From assembly GCA_963753435.1 (NCBI GenBank), contig CAVWCF010000002.1, forward strand, positions 32,001 through 96,000: DNA of 64,000 nucleotides, given 5' to 3'. The notes under the pieces are model-generated. The model saw only the letters and a program-made list of their open reading frames with translations. It ran no database searches and was not told the DNA's origin. A program made the translations under genes and the position numbers. Shown here one piece after another: positions 1 through 11,728 of the stretch. Each line of letters begins with the position of its first letter. Position 1 is the first letter of the stretch. The DNA comes from an uncultured Actinomycetota bacterium. Its GTDB lineage: Bacteria; Actinomycetota; Actinomycetes; CAVWCF01.

Positions 1-239
1 ACCACGATCCCGTCCAGGTCGCCGTGGGCTTCAACGGCCGCATTGATCAGCGCGGGTGCGGCGTTCGATCGCGCCAGGTCCATTGCGACGGCGAGATCGG
101 TGGGGCCAGCAGCAGCCGCCAGCCGCTGCTGATCCCGCCCGGTGACGGTCAGACGTGCCGAGGGTCGAAGCAACTCGGCAACGCCGTGTCCGAGCACGCC
201 GGTGGCCCCGGTGACCAGCACTGACGGCCGATAGCTCAT
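1..239 (-). CDS. SDR family oxidoreductase (N-terminal part; truncated by window edge)
   Basis: Manual translation from ATG at 239: MSYRPSVLVTGATGVLGHGVA...GDLDGIV, with TGxxGxxG Rossmann motif; not in the ORF track. Confidence 0.8.
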   Translation of the reverse strand, partial: MSYRPSVLVTGATGVLGHGVAELLRPSARLTVTGRDQQRLAAAAGPTDLAVAMDLARSNAAPALINAAVEAHGDLDGIV

Positions 240-328
240 CCAGGCAGCGTGGCATAGGGCCGGGCCGCACGCAGAACATGCGGATTGGGTCCCGCGCGGA
301 CCCCGGTGGCGTCCGTATCGTGCCCTCC

Positions 329-1381
329 GTGACCAGCCCGCCGGCCCAGGCACCCAAGCCGCCGTCTCGAACCAAGAAGGTCGTCAGTGCCATCCTGACG
401 CTTGCGGTCCTTGCGTTCGTGTTCTTCGGTCTGTTCCCTCGGTTCGCCGACATCAGCGAAGTCTGGGAGTCCTTGGCGGGAATGCCTACGGCTTCCATAG
501 TCGGAGTCCTAGCCGCAGTCTTGGTAAATATCGCCGTATACCCGTGGCCGTTTCAGGCGGCGCTGATCGGCCTGCGCTACTGGCCGGCCTTTGAGGTGCG
601 GCAGACCGCGTTCGCCATCTCCAACACCGTCCCCGCGGGCGGCGCACTTGGGCTGGGCGTGCAGTACGCGATGTTGAACTCCTACGGTTTCGCCGCCGGC
701 GCCAACGCGAGTGCCATCGCCATTACCGGCACCTGGAACGCGTACCTGACGCTGGTGTTGCCGCTGCTGGCGTTGTTCCCGTTGGCCTTGGTCGGGGATG
801 GATTCAGCCAATGGCTTACCCCAGCGCTAATCGGCCTGGCCATTGCCGTTGGCAGCGCACTCGTATTCGCATTGATCCTGCGCAGCGAGTCGTTCGCGCG
901 CAGATTGGGTCAGTGGCTTGACGGGGTCATCAGCCGGGTCGCGCGGTTGTTCAAGCGCGAACCCGGGGCGGGGGTGACCGAGTCCATCGTCGAGTTCCGT
1001 GCATCCATCGTGGAGACGGTGAGCCGTCGTTGGGCGTCCATCACGGGCTCCAACCTGCTCATGCAACTGACCTCCTTCGCGGTCCTGTACGCGGCGCTGA
1101 TCGGGATAGGTGGCGGCGGCGCCGACGTCGGGATGGCACAGGCGTTTGCGGCATTCGCGATTGCCCGCTTGGCGACCTTCATCCCGGTCACCCCGGGTGG
1201 GCTGGGGACAACCGACGCGGCGATGGCGGCTCTACTTGCCGGCTTCGGTATGAGCAACGCCGATGCGTTGGCCGCGGTGCTGGTCTGGCGCATCGGCACA
1301 TTGGTGCCGCAGGTGATCCTGGGCGCCGTCACGTTCCTCATCTGGCGGGCCCGGTCCGGACGCGCCGCAAGGGCCGTGTAG
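329..1381 (+). CDS. YbhN/UPF0104 (lysylphosphatidylglycerol synthase TM-domain) membrane protein
   Basis: Multi-TM protein with IPVTPGGLG and VWR motifs; GTG 329 lies 7 nt after TATCGT. Confidence 0.75.
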   Translation: MTSPPAQAPKPPSRTKKVVSAILTLAVLAFVFFGLFPRFADISEVWESLAGMPTASIVGVLAAVLVNIAVYPWPFQAALIGLRYWPAFEVRQTAFAISNTVPAGGALGLGVQYAMLNSYGFAAGANASAIAITGTWNAYLTLVLPLLALFPLALVGDGFSQWLTPALIGLAIAVGSALVFALILRSESFARRLGQWLDGVISRVARLFKREPGAGVTESIVEFRASIVETVSRRWASITGSNLLMQLTSFAVLYAALIGIGGGGADVGMAQAFAAFAIARLATFIPVTPGGLGTTDAAMAALLAGFGMSNADALAAVLVWRIGTLVPQVILGAVTFLIWRARSGRAARAV

Positions 1382-1412
1382 GTCAGCGGGGGCTCGCCTG
1401 GATCGATCTCGG

Positions 1413-2288
1413 CTACGCGTGTTTGGGGCCGGGGCTCGCCGTTGCCGCGTTCGCGAGCGTCGCTCGTGCCTGCTCGACGCCGGCGCGGGCCGCGCGGAGG
1501 TCATCGGGCGACCCACCGGCTGCCGACAGCGCCGCCTCTGCGTCAAGGGCCTGCCGAAGTCCGTCAAAGGCGCCCTTCAGGTCCGCGGCGTTCGTACTGC
1601 GGGCGTCGTCAGGGGCGGTTTCGGCCAACTCGAACAGGGACCGGTCGACAGCCAGGAACCGGTCCCGACCGCCCGTCCAGGCCTGTTGAAATTGGACGGC
1701 GGACGGTGCGGAAAGCATTGCCGGCAGCAGGGATTGCAGCGCCCAGTCGGCCTCCGTGCGTGCTTCACCCATTCGTGCATCCCAGGTCTTGCGTCGACTA
1801 CTGCGACGCGCTGCCCACACGATGAGGCCGATCAGTCCGACCGCGAGCAGGACCAGCAGCACCCACGCCCAAGCCGGGAGGCCGTCCGTCTCAGCTGCAA
1901 CCGGCTCGGTGGGGTCCGAAGTGGCCGGCGTCGGTGTCGGCTCCGCGGTGACCGTCTCGGTGGCTGTCGCTGTGGCGGTGGCTGTGGCGGTGGCCGTTGC
2001 GGTAGCGGTGGCCGTTGCGGTAGGCGTTTCGGCGCTCGTCTCCGTGGCGCTCGGAGTTGGGGTGCCGGGTTCGACGCTCTGTGTGGGCGTGTCAGTTGGG
2101 CTTGGCTGTGGTGTCGCCGACAGCGATGGGAAGGAGGACGGTAACGACGTCGGCAGCGAGACGTTCCCGTCACCGCTGCAGCCGGTCAGTGCGAGTACGG
2201 CCAGAGCAAGTGCCATCAGCAAAGCCTTCATGCCCAGCACCCTAGGCCGACTCCGATGTCGCGGGCCGGTGGCAGTCGGCGCCGACAT
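1413..2288 (-). CDS. Putative lipoprotein with Thr/Ala/Pro-rich linker and an internal TM helix
   Basis: Lipobox-like LALTGC, (AT)n repeat, then WAWVLLVLLAVGLIGLIVW followed by a basic stretch; start could be 2231. Confidence 0.6.
   Translation of the reverse strand: MSAPTATGPRHRSRPRVLGMKALLMALALAVLALTGCSGDGNVSLPTSLPSSFPSLSATPQPSPTDTPTQSVEPGTPTPSATETSAETPTATATATATATATATATATATETVTAEPTPTPATSDPTEPVAAETDGLPAWAWVLLVLLAVGLIGLIVWAARRSSRRKTWDARMGEARTEADWALQSLLPAMLSAPSAVQFQQAWTGGRDRFLAVDRSLFELAETAPDDARSTNAADLKGAFDGLRQALDAEAALSAAGGSPDDLRAARAGVEQARATLANAATASPGPKHA
1960..2022. repeat. Degenerate 6-bp coding tandem repeat (Ala-Thr)n
   Basis: GTGGCT/GTGGCG/GTGGCC/GTTGCG units; translates as TATATATA on the - strand. 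Confidence 0.8.
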
Positions 2289-2300
2289 GGCGCCCTGCGC

Positions 2301-3146
2301 CTAGCTGAGTGGGTCGCTGGGGTGACTGAACTCGAAACCGGTGCCGCGCAGTTTGGCGCTGGAAACCGGCTTGGTCGGCGTCTTCAGTTCGCCCCGGAAC
2401 TCCAACCGCGGCAGCCCCGCGGCGTCGGCCAGGGAGTCGAAAGCCTCCTTGTTCGTCGGCGGTCGCACCAGGTCCGGCACGCAGTTGTAGTCGCCGACCA
2501 GATCGTTGGCGAGCAGGTGAATCAGGCCCCGGGCCACGTCCTCAACATGCACTCGGTGCAACAAGCCGGCGCCGTCGAATGAGACCGAGCCACCCATGTA
2601 CTGGTGCGCAAGTCGGACCCGCTCGGTGAAGTTGATGTCACGCGGGTGGCCGTATACGTCCGCCAGTCGCAGCACCGCTCCGCGCGGGGCAGCCAACGCT
2701 GCGTCCTCGGCCATGCCGAAGTACACGCTGCTCGGCTCATCAATTTCGGTGCGTGGGGTCAACTCGGTCAGGAACTCGCCGGGCTCCTGAGTGCCGTCAC
2801 CGAAGACGGAGATGGATGAAGTGAAGAGGACGCGGTCGCTGGCCGCGGCTGCCGACTCACAGGACGCCACGAGCACCTCGCGGTAGCTGCGGGCGCGGTC
2901 CTCGACTGTCACCGACTGCATGACCGCGGGGCTGGCCAGCACGAGGATGGCGTCCACATCGGCGGCGGCCTGTTGCACCGCTTCGCGGTCCTGCCCGAGC
3001 AGAACCACGGCCTCATCGGCGACGGCCTCGACTTCGGGAACCCGCTCGGCCCTGGTGGTGGTGGCTCGAACCGTCCACCCGGATTCCTTCGCCAGGCGGC
3101 AGACCTCCAGGCCGACGTTGCCCGCACCGATTACCAACAGTCGCAT
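2301..3146 (-). CDS. NAD-dependent epimerase/dehydratase family (atypical SDR)
   Basis: GAGNVG Rossmann motif, FTSSISVFG, RLADVYG, VHVEDVA. Confidence 0.75.
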   Translation of the reverse strand: MRLLVIGAGNVGLEVCRLAKESGWTVRATTTRAERVPEVEAVADEAVVLLGQDREAVQQAAADVDAILVLASPAVMQSVTVEDRARSYREVLVASCESAAAASDRVLFTSSISVFGDGTQEPGEFLTELTPRTEIDEPSSVYFGMAEDAALAAPRGAVLRLADVYGHPRDINFTERVRLAHQYMGGSVSFDGAGLLHRVHVEDVARGLIHLLANDLVGDYNCVPDLVRPPTNKEAFDSLADAAGLPRLEFRGELKTPTKPVSSAKLRGTGFEFSHPSDPLS

Positions 3147-3292
3147 GAGACTCCTCTCAGATGCCGAGAAGGTAGCGGGACGCCGGAATGGGTCGTATGC
3201 GGCCCCTCCGGTGCTCGCGGCTTTCCTTGGTGCGAACCCCCTGACGGTCGCGACTGGGAGCCAAACCGCCGCAAATCCACGATGATTGGTAT

Positions 3293-3853
3293 GTGGACCG
3301 GGCCCACTCCCACACCGGCCGCCTGCTGGTGGCGCTGCCGGCGCTGGACGACCCCAACTTCTTCCGGACCGTTGTCCTGATCCTCGACCACGACGGGGAG
3401 GGGGCGGTGGGCGTAGTGCTCAACCGCCCAAGTGATGTGCAGTTGGGGGAAGTGCTGCCGGAGTGGGCGTTGCAGGTTTCCGGCCCGCCGCAGTTGTTCG
3501 AAGGCGGTCCGGTCGGGACCGAACGAGCCGTCGGGCTGGCGGTACTCGCCGGCGGGGACTCCCCGGATGGCTTCCGACCGCTGAGCGGTTCCGTCGGGGT
3601 CCTCGACCTGGACACCGACTCCGAATCGGTCCTCGGGCGGCTGGCCGGGGCCCGGGTCTTTGCCGGCTACGCCGGCTGGTCGCCGGGGCAACTGGAGGCG
3701 GAGATCATCTCGGGTGCCTGGGTGGTTGTGGACGCAAGCCCGGACGACCTACTGACCGAGGAGCCAGGCGGGTTGTGGCGGCGCGTCCTGCAACGCCAAC
3801 CGGGGAGGCTGGCCTGGCTGGCCGGCTACCCGGCCGACCCGGAGATGAACTGA
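3293..3853 (+). CDS. YqgE/AlgH family protein
   Basis: DPNFFRTVVL, GVVLNRP, GGPV, FAGYAGW motifs. Confidence 0.9.
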   Translation: MDRAHSHTGRLLVALPALDDPNFFRTVVLILDHDGEGAVGVVLNRPSDVQLGEVLPEWALQVSGPPQLFEGGPVGTERAVGLAVLAGGDSPDGFRPLSGSVGVLDLDTDSESVLGRLAGARVFAGYAGWSPGQLEAEIISGAWVVVDASPDDLLTEEPGGLWRRVLQRQPGRLAWLAGYPADPEMN

Positions 3854-3901
3854 GCCAACCGCCGCAGGAACCCGGCTGCCCAACGACTTAGACTCCGTGC
3901 C

Positions 3902-4174
3902 GTGAGCGAGCAACCCGATAGCGGCGGCGACGTCGGCATCCTGGAGCGCCCGGACACGCAGACCGCCGAACCGGAGGCGGGCGACCACGAGCGGTTTGCG
4001 CACTACGTGCGCAAGGAGAAGATCGTCGAGTCCGCCGTTACCGGTGCCCCGGTGATCGCCCTGTGCGGAAAGGTGTGGATCCCCAACCGCGAGCCGGGTC
4101 GGTTCCCGGTCTGCCCGACGTGCCGGGAGATCTACGAGTCGATGCCGACTGGCGGCGACGACGCGGATGGGTGA
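3902..4174 (+). CDS. DUF3039 domain protein
   Basis: GDHERFAHYV...ALCGKVWIP...PVCPTCREIY. Confidence 0.9.
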   Translation: MSEQPDSGGDVGILERPDTQTAEPEAGDHERFAHYVRKEKIVESAVTGAPVIALCGKVWIPNREPGRFPVCPTCREIYESMPTGGDDADG

Positions 4175-4204
4175 TCCGGCCGGGGTCCGGCCCCGGCCCC
4201 GCAG

Positions 4205-5560
4205 GTGAGCACATCTGCAACCTCCCCGCCAGGCATCCTCTCCGGGCCTTACCGGCGGGTGACGCTGGGCGTCGTTGGCCTCATCTCGCTCATGGCGTTC
4301 GAGGGGATGGCAGTTGCCACCGCCCTGCCGGTCGCGGTCTCAGATCTGGACGGCCTGGACTACTACGCGTGGGCGTTCACGGCCTTTGCCGCAACCATGC
4401 TTTGGGCGACGATCGCCAGCGGGGAGAGCGCTGACGCGCTCGGCCCAAGAACACCGCTGCTGCTGGGCGTAGGCGCCTTCGTGCTTGGACTCCTGGTCGC
4501 CGGGTTGGCGCCTGGCATGGGGGTCTTCGTCGTCGGGCGCGCCATTCAGGGATTGGGTGCCGGCGCGGTAATCGTCGCGATCTACGTGGTCATCGGTCGG
4601 CGCTTCCCGACCGAATTGCAGCCGCGGGCATTCTCCGCGCTGGCCGCGGCCTGGGTCGTGCCCGCGTTCGTCGGTCCGGTGGTGGCCGGCTGGCTGGCCG
4701 AGGGTCCGGGCTGGCGCTGGGCCTTCCTGGCCGTCCCGGTGCTGGTCGCCCCCGGCCTGTGGTTGATCTGGCCGGCGCTGGCAGACCTCGGGCGCCCGCT
4801 GGACTCGTTCGTGGCGAGGTCGGGGCGGCGCCGACTGGCCCTGGCTATAGCGGTCGGCGCAGTGGCGATCCAGTACGCCGGTCAGCGGTTGGATCTGCTC
4901 GGTCTGGGGTTGGCCCTCGTGGGCGCGGTCTTGCTGATCCGGTTCCTGCCGCGGTTGCTGCCGGCCGGAACGCTGCGTCTGGCAGCCGGACTCCCCACGG
5001 GTATCGCCCTCCGCGGCGTCCTGGCCGGTGCCTTCTTCGGCATCGAAGCCTTCGTTCCGCTGTACCTGGTCACCGAGCGCGGTCTATCCGCCACGGCCGC
5101 GGGGCTGGTTCTCACCGGCGGGGCGATCGGCTGGGCCTCCGGGTCCTGGTGGCAGGGGCGCAGCCCGGGTCTGCAGCAGCGATCGCATTTCGTGGCGATC
5201 GGCTCGGTTGCAGTAGCGGTTTCGGGTGTGCTCATGGTCCTGGTCACCTTCCCCGCCGTCCCAGTGCCGGTCGCGCACCTGGCCTGGCTGGTTGCGGGGT
5301 TGGGGATGGGATTGGCCATGCCCAGCCTGTCCGTCGTGGTGCTGAATCTGTCCAAGCCGGACGAACAAGGCGCCAACTCCGCGTCGCTGCAGCTGACCGA
5401 CGCCCTGGGCGCCATCTTGACCATCGCCGCCGGCGGCGTCTGGTTTGCCGCCGTCTTTGCCACGATGGGCGCGACAACCTTCACCGCGATATTCGCCGCG
5501 ATGTCAGCGTTGCCGGTTCTGGCGGCGGTGACGAGTAGGCGGTTACGGGTTTCCGGGTAG
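4205..5560 (+). CDS. MFS transporter
   Basis: Many TM helices; AFEGMAVATALP, GRAIQGLGAG, GWRWAF. Confidence 0.9.
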   Translation: MSTSATSPPGILSGPYRRVTLGVVGLISLMAFEGMAVATALPVAVSDLDGLDYYAWAFTAFAATMLWATIASGESADALGPRTPLLLGVGAFVLGLLVAGLAPGMGVFVVGRAIQGLGAGAVIVAIYVVIGRRFPTELQPRAFSALAAAWVVPAFVGPVVAGWLAEGPGWRWAFLAVPVLVAPGLWLIWPALADLGRPLDSFVARSGRRRLALAIAVGAVAIQYAGQRLDLLGLGLALVGAVLLIRFLPRLLPAGTLRLAAGLPTGIALRGVLAGAFFGIEAFVPLYLVTERGLSATAAGLVLTGGAIGWASGSWWQGRSPGLQQRSHFVAIGSVAVAVSGVLMVLVTFPAVPVPVAHLAWLVAGLGMGLAMPSLSVVVLNLSKPDEQGANSASLQLTDALGAILTIAAGGVWFAAVFATMGATTFTAIFAAMSALPVLAAVTSRRLRVSG

Positions 5561-5584
5561 CAGTCGCAGCGCAACCGGACAAAG

Positions 5585-5618
5585 CAGTGCGGCCCCGGCG
5601 TTAGCCGGAGCCGCACTG
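5585..5618. terminator. Hairpin between convergent genes (probable bidirectional terminator)
   Basis: CAGTGCGGC-C-CCGGC ... GCCGG-A-GCCGCACTG inverted repeat. Confidence 0.65.
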
Positions 5619-5634
5619 ATTCTTGAGCTTGGGT

Positions 5635-6204
5635 TCAGGCGAGTTTGCGCAACTGGAAGGAAGCGAAGACGGTCACGAGGCCCCAGACGATCAGCCAGAT
5701 GCCGGTGATCCAGATGAGCACACCGAGGCTGATCCCCGGCCAGAACAGCAGGATCGCACCCGCTGCGGCTGAGACAAGACCACCAAAGATCCGCCAGCCC
5801 CGGGCTGGGGTGTCGGCGTTGGCAAGGGAGCCGAAGAAGTCGACGATTCCCTGCACCAGCCAGAACGCGCCAAGCAGGATGACCAGTACCCCAAGGGTCA
5901 GGCCCGGGTTCCGTATCGTCACCACACCGGCGACCACACCGAGGATGCCGACGATGGCCATGAGGATGCGTTGGCCGGCGTCCGCTTTCTTCGACGCGAA
6001 TGTCTGAATCACGTAGATGATGCCGAGCACCAAGAACTGCAGGCCGATGAGGAACGCCACGACCTTGGCGGTGGCATCCGGCCACACCAGGACCAAGATC
6101 CCCAGGACCGTGGCAAGTACCCCGACGCCAAGGACCAGTCCCCAGGAGCGACCGACGTTGTCGAATCCGGTGGGAATCTCGTTGCGCGTTTCGGGCATGG
6201 ACAT
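5635..6204 (-). CDS. HdeD/DUF308 family membrane protein
   Basis: Repeated GxxxxxxGxxxxxxP TM units; GGAGG upstream of ATG 6204. Confidence 0.85.
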   Translation of the reverse strand: MSMPETRNEIPTGFDNVGRSWGLVLGVGVLATVLGILVLVWPDATAKVVAFLIGLQFLVLGIIYVIQTFASKKADAGQRILMAIVGILGVVAGVVTIRNPGLTLGVLVILLGAFWLVQGIVDFFGSLANADTPARGWRIFGGLVSAAAGAILLFWPGISLGVLIWITGIWLIVWGLVTVFASFQLRKLA

Positions 6205-6396
6205 TTTTGTGCCTCCAATCCAACGACGGCACGAATTGTGCGGGTACGGAACGCCCAAGTGGCGCAGGCGCGACGGGCCGACACCTAAGCGTTACCTGGT
6301 AGCGCCGAGCTGTGGTGTTGCGCCGATCGGCAACAACCGCCGGTTCGCCCGAAACGGTCGCAGGCCACAATGGAAGCCCCGACCGCCGGAGGCAAG

Positions 6397-8770
6397 ATGA
6401 CGGCCACGCCCATCACCGCAGCGCGAGTCAACGCGACGACACTGGACGAAATCGCCCAGCGTGTGCTTTGGCTGTCGGTGCGCATGGTCGATGCCGCCAA
6501 CTCCGAACGGCAGACCGGCGACGGGGTCAAGGTCGGCGGGCACCAGGCCTCCAGCGCGTCGCTGGTCTCGGTGATGACCGCGCTGTACTTCCAGCACCTC
6601 GATGCCGCCGACCGCGTCAGCGTCAAGCCGCACGCCTCGCCCGTTTTCCATTCAATTCAGTACCTGCTGGGCAACCTGGACCGTTCGTATCTGACGATGT
6701 TGCGCGCTCGCGGCGGCCTGCAGTCCTACCCGTCGCGTACCAAGGACCCCGACGAGGTCGACTTCTCCACGGGATCCGTTGGGCTGGGGGCCGCCGCGCC
6801 GCTGTTCGCGGCGGCGACGCGTCGCTACGTCGACGACCACTTCGGTCCGCGCGATCGTTCGCGCTTTGTCGCCCTCTTGGGTGATGCGGAGTTGGACGAG
6901 GGCAACGTGTGGGAGGCCATCGCCGACCCGGCCACCACCGGCCTCGGTGACGTCATGTGGGTGGTCGACTTCAACCGACAGTCGCTGGACCGCGTGGTTC
7001 CCGGAGTTCGGATCCAGCAGTGGCACGCGCAGTTCGCGGCCGCGGGCTGGCACGTCGTCGAGGTCAAGTACGGCCATCGCCTCCAGGCCAAGTACGCCGA
7101 ACCCGGCGGTCATGTTCTTCGTGACTGGATCGACGCGATGCCCAACGAGCAGTACCAGTCGCTGTTCGGGCTACCGGCGGACCAGGTGCGTGACCGGTTC
7201 CTGGACGGGGCACCGAGCCAGGTCGGTGAGTTTGTTGCCGCCATGGGCGACGAAGAACTCCGCACCCTGGTGACCGACCTGGGCGGGCACGACATGCAGG
7301 CACTGTTGGAGGCGTTCGCCGAGTGCGACCGTGTCACGGACCGGCCCAGCGTCGTGTTCGCCTACACGGTCAAGGGCTGGGGCCTGCCGATCGCGGGCAA
7401 CCCGCGCAACCACTCCGCGCTGCTGAGCCCCGACCAGATCACCGATCTGCGCGCTCGCATGGGTCTGACCACCGCGACCGAGTGGGATCGTTTCGACGCG
7501 GCTTCGGCGGCCGGGATCGTCTGCAACGCACGCCGCGACCACCTGCGCCGTGGTCCGCGCGCGCCGGGCCTGGCGGTGTCCGTGCCGGACCGGACCGGGC
7601 TGAGCACCAGCCGGCCGCTGTCCACACAGGAGGCGTTCGGTCGGGTGTTGGTGGACCTGTCCCGCGACGAGTCGGTCCGCCCGTACCTGGTGACGACGGC
7701 GCCGGACGTGGCCACGTCGACGAACCTGGCCGGTTTCATCAACCGCACGGGCGTGTACGCCCCGGCGGAACGACGAGCGTGGAACGAGGACCCGGTCCTG
7801 AAGTGGGCCGAGGGGCCGTCCGGTCAGCACATCGAACTGGGCATCAGCGAGATGAACCTGTTCCTGTTGCTCGGGCAGCTGGGGCTGTCGTGGGATCTCT
7901 CCGGTCAGCACCTGCTGCCGATCGGCACCGTCTACGACCCGTTCGTCTGCCGCGGGCTGGACGCGCTGATCTATTCCGTGTATTCCGGCGCTAGGTTCCT
8001 GATCGCCGGGTACCCCGTCGGGTGTGACGCTGGCCCCGGAGGGTGGGGCGCACCAGTCCACGATCACCGCCTCCATCGGTTTGGAGTTGCCCGGCGTCAC
8101 CTCGATCGAACCCGCCTACGCGGGTGCCCTGGACTGGCTGCTGTGCGACGCCGTCGCGCGGATGGCGGCTCGCCCGCCGCTGGCGGATCGCGCCGGGCAC
8201 GAGGAGTCCGGCGCCTACTACTTCCGACTCACCACCAGGCCGCTTGACCAGGCGCCGTTCGAGGCGGCTCGCGAGAGGCTGGGGGATGCGCTGTTGCGGC
8301 GCCACGTGCTGGCCGGCGCCTACCGGTTGGTGGATGCGTCCAACCAGGCCGCAGCCGGCGCGCCGCAGGTCCACCTCGTTGCCTCCGGGGCGGTGCTGCC
8401 GGAGACCTTGGCGGCGGCCGCGGAGTTGGCGGACGAAGGCATCGCCGCCCACGTGGTCGACGTGACCAGCGCCGACCGTCTCTACACGGATTGGCAACGC
8501 AGCTTGCGCCAAGGGGTGCGCACCGCAACCACTCCGGCCGTGCCTGGGGCGCTGCGCGCGGCGTTCGGCGACCGGGCACCGATCGTCACCGTCCACGACG
8601 CAGCCAGTCACGCGATGGCGTGGATGGGCACGGCCCTCGGCGTTCCCCAGGTGCCACTCGGAGTCGATTCCTTCGGCCAGTCGGGGTCGGTGTCGGAGTT
8701 GTACGAACTGCACGACTTGACGCCGGGATCAATCGTCAACGCGGCGCTGGCCGCCCTGGCGCTGGCCTGA
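6397..8770 (+). CDS. Pyruvate dehydrogenase E1/transketolase-like ThDP enzyme, split by one frameshift near 8008-8010
   Basis: KVGGHQASS, STGSVGLG, GDAELDEG, ELGISEMN; ORFs 6370-8247 and 8024-8770 join (IAGTPSGVTLAPEGGAHQS) if one G of GGG is removed. Confidence 0.85.
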
Positions 8771-8772
8771 GC

Positions 8773-9492
8773 ATGACGCGGGAGACCGCCCAGACCCTGG
8801 ACCGCGGCCTGCGGGTGCTGGAGTGGGTCTCGCAGTCGCGTTCGGGTCTGTCGGTGACCGAGTTGGCGCAGCGGCTGCAGGTCGGCCGAACTGTCGTCTA
8901 TCGCTTGGTCGCCACCTTGGAGGAGCACGGTCTGGTCCAGCGGGACTCCTCCGGCCGGGTCCGTATCGGCGCGGGGTCTTTGCGGTTGGCCGCGCGGGTA
9001 CGGCCGGTCCTCGCGGAAGCGTCGCTGCCGGTCCTGCGAACGCTTGCGGAAGAAGTCGGCGCGACCGCGCACCTAACCGTTGCCGAAGGGGAGGACTGCG
9101 TCGCGCTGGCGGTCGTCGAACCGAGTTGGACTGACTTCCATGTCGCCTACCGCGTCGGCACCCGTCACCCGATCGGTCGTGGGGCGGCTGGGCGTGCATT
9201 GGCGTCGCTGCGGGACAAGCAACCCGAACTGCAGGCGTCGGAAGGCGAGCTGCAGCCAGGTGCTCACGGGGTGGCCGCACCGATCGTCGGCATCCCCGGC
9301 TTCGAGGCGAGCGTCGGAGTGGTGGCGATGCAGCAACTGCCGCCCACCACCGCAGCACAGGTCATGCAGGCCGCCCATTCACTGCGGCTGGTACTTGCCG
9401 CGGAGCCCCGCGTGGACGAGCCGCCTACACCCCGGCGGCCGCCTCGACCAGGGGCAGGGTCCGGTAGCGAATCGGATGCGCCAGAGCGATAA
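8773..9492 (+). CDS. IclR family transcriptional regulator
   Basis: QTLDRGLRVL HTH, VYRLVATL, GAAGRA, GVAAPI. Confidence 0.85.
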   Translation: MTRETAQTLDRGLRVLEWVSQSRSGLSVTELAQRLQVGRTVVYRLVATLEEHGLVQRDSSGRVRIGAGSLRLAARVRPVLAEASLPVLRTLAEEVGATAHLTVAEGEDCVALAVVEPSWTDFHVAYRVGTRHPIGRGAAGRALASLRDKQPELQASEGELQPGAHGVAAPIVGIPGFEASVGVVAMQQLPPTTAAQVMQAAHSLRLVLAAEPRVDEPPTPRRPPRPGAGSGSESDAPER

Positions 9493-9901
9493 GGGTCGCG
9501 GTCCGCTCCACTCCCGGAACGTTGACGATCGCGTCAATCACTCGTTGTAGATCGGCGTTGTCCCTGGCCACCATCCGGACCAGCAGGTCGCCGGGACCGG
9601 TGATTGTGTGCACCTCGAGGACCTCCGGGATCTCCGCGAGCGCGTCCTCGATCCCTCGGTGACCGGCGACCTGACGTATCTCCAAGGTCGCGAATGCGGT
9701 GACCGGGAAGCCGAGCGCCTCCGGGTCGACGTCCGGGCCGTACCCGGTGATCACCCCGGAGGTCATCAGCCGGTCCAGGCGGGCCTGCACCGTGCCGCGG
9801 GCAACCCGGAGGCGACGCGAGGCCTCCAGCACGCCGACCCGCGGGTCGTCGTGGAACAGTCTGATCAGCCGAGCATCCAGATCATCCAGTTTGCGAGCCA
9901 T
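9425..9901 (-). CDS. Lrp/AsnC family regulator divergent from hppD
   Basis: LDDLDARLI...VARGTVQARLDRL, IPEVLEVHTITGPGDLL. Confidence 0.9.
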   Translation of the reverse strand: MARKLDDLDARLIRLFHDDPRVGVLEASRRLRVARGTVQARLDRLMTSGVITGYGPDVDPEALGFPVTAFATLEIRQVAGHRGIEDALAEIPEVLEVHTITGPGDLLVRMVARDNADLQRVIDAIVNVPGVERTATLIALAHPIRYRTLPLVEAAAGV

Positions 9902-9960
9902 GTGGCGAGCCCCTAGCCGTCGGTAGTGCAGGTTGGTGGTCCGATTGCTGGACATTATGA

Positions 9961-11618
<1,658 letters not shown>

Positions 11619-11655
11619 ACGGGGATCGTTGCGCCGGCCCGGGTTCCGGTCAAGC

Positions 11656-11692
11656 CGACCGCCCCGCAACCGATGAGGTCGCGGGGCGGTCG
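11656..11692 (-). terminator. 12-bp perfect-stem hairpin downstream of the 11729-12346 gene
   Basis: CGACCGCCCCGC ... GCGGGGCGGTCG. Confidence 0.7.
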
Positions 11693-11728
11693 TGGGTAGA
11701 ACTGGTTGGTCGTTGGATCAAGTGGTCC

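Noticed and set aside
3278-3295. ATG at 3291, 7 nt after CACGAT but out of frame with yqgE (possible fifth indel)
   Set aside because: In-frame GTG at 3293 already gives a full-length protein; cannot be decided without reads
6316-6333. GCCGATCGGC palindrome upstream of the PDH-like gene
   Set aside because: Short, GC-rich and single copy; likely chance
9425-9492. 68-bp convergent overlap of the IclR and Lrp genes (also 35 bp for P450/MFS at 28948-28982)
   Set aside because: Short tail overlaps are common in GC-rich genomes and the IclR tail looks like low-complexity run-on
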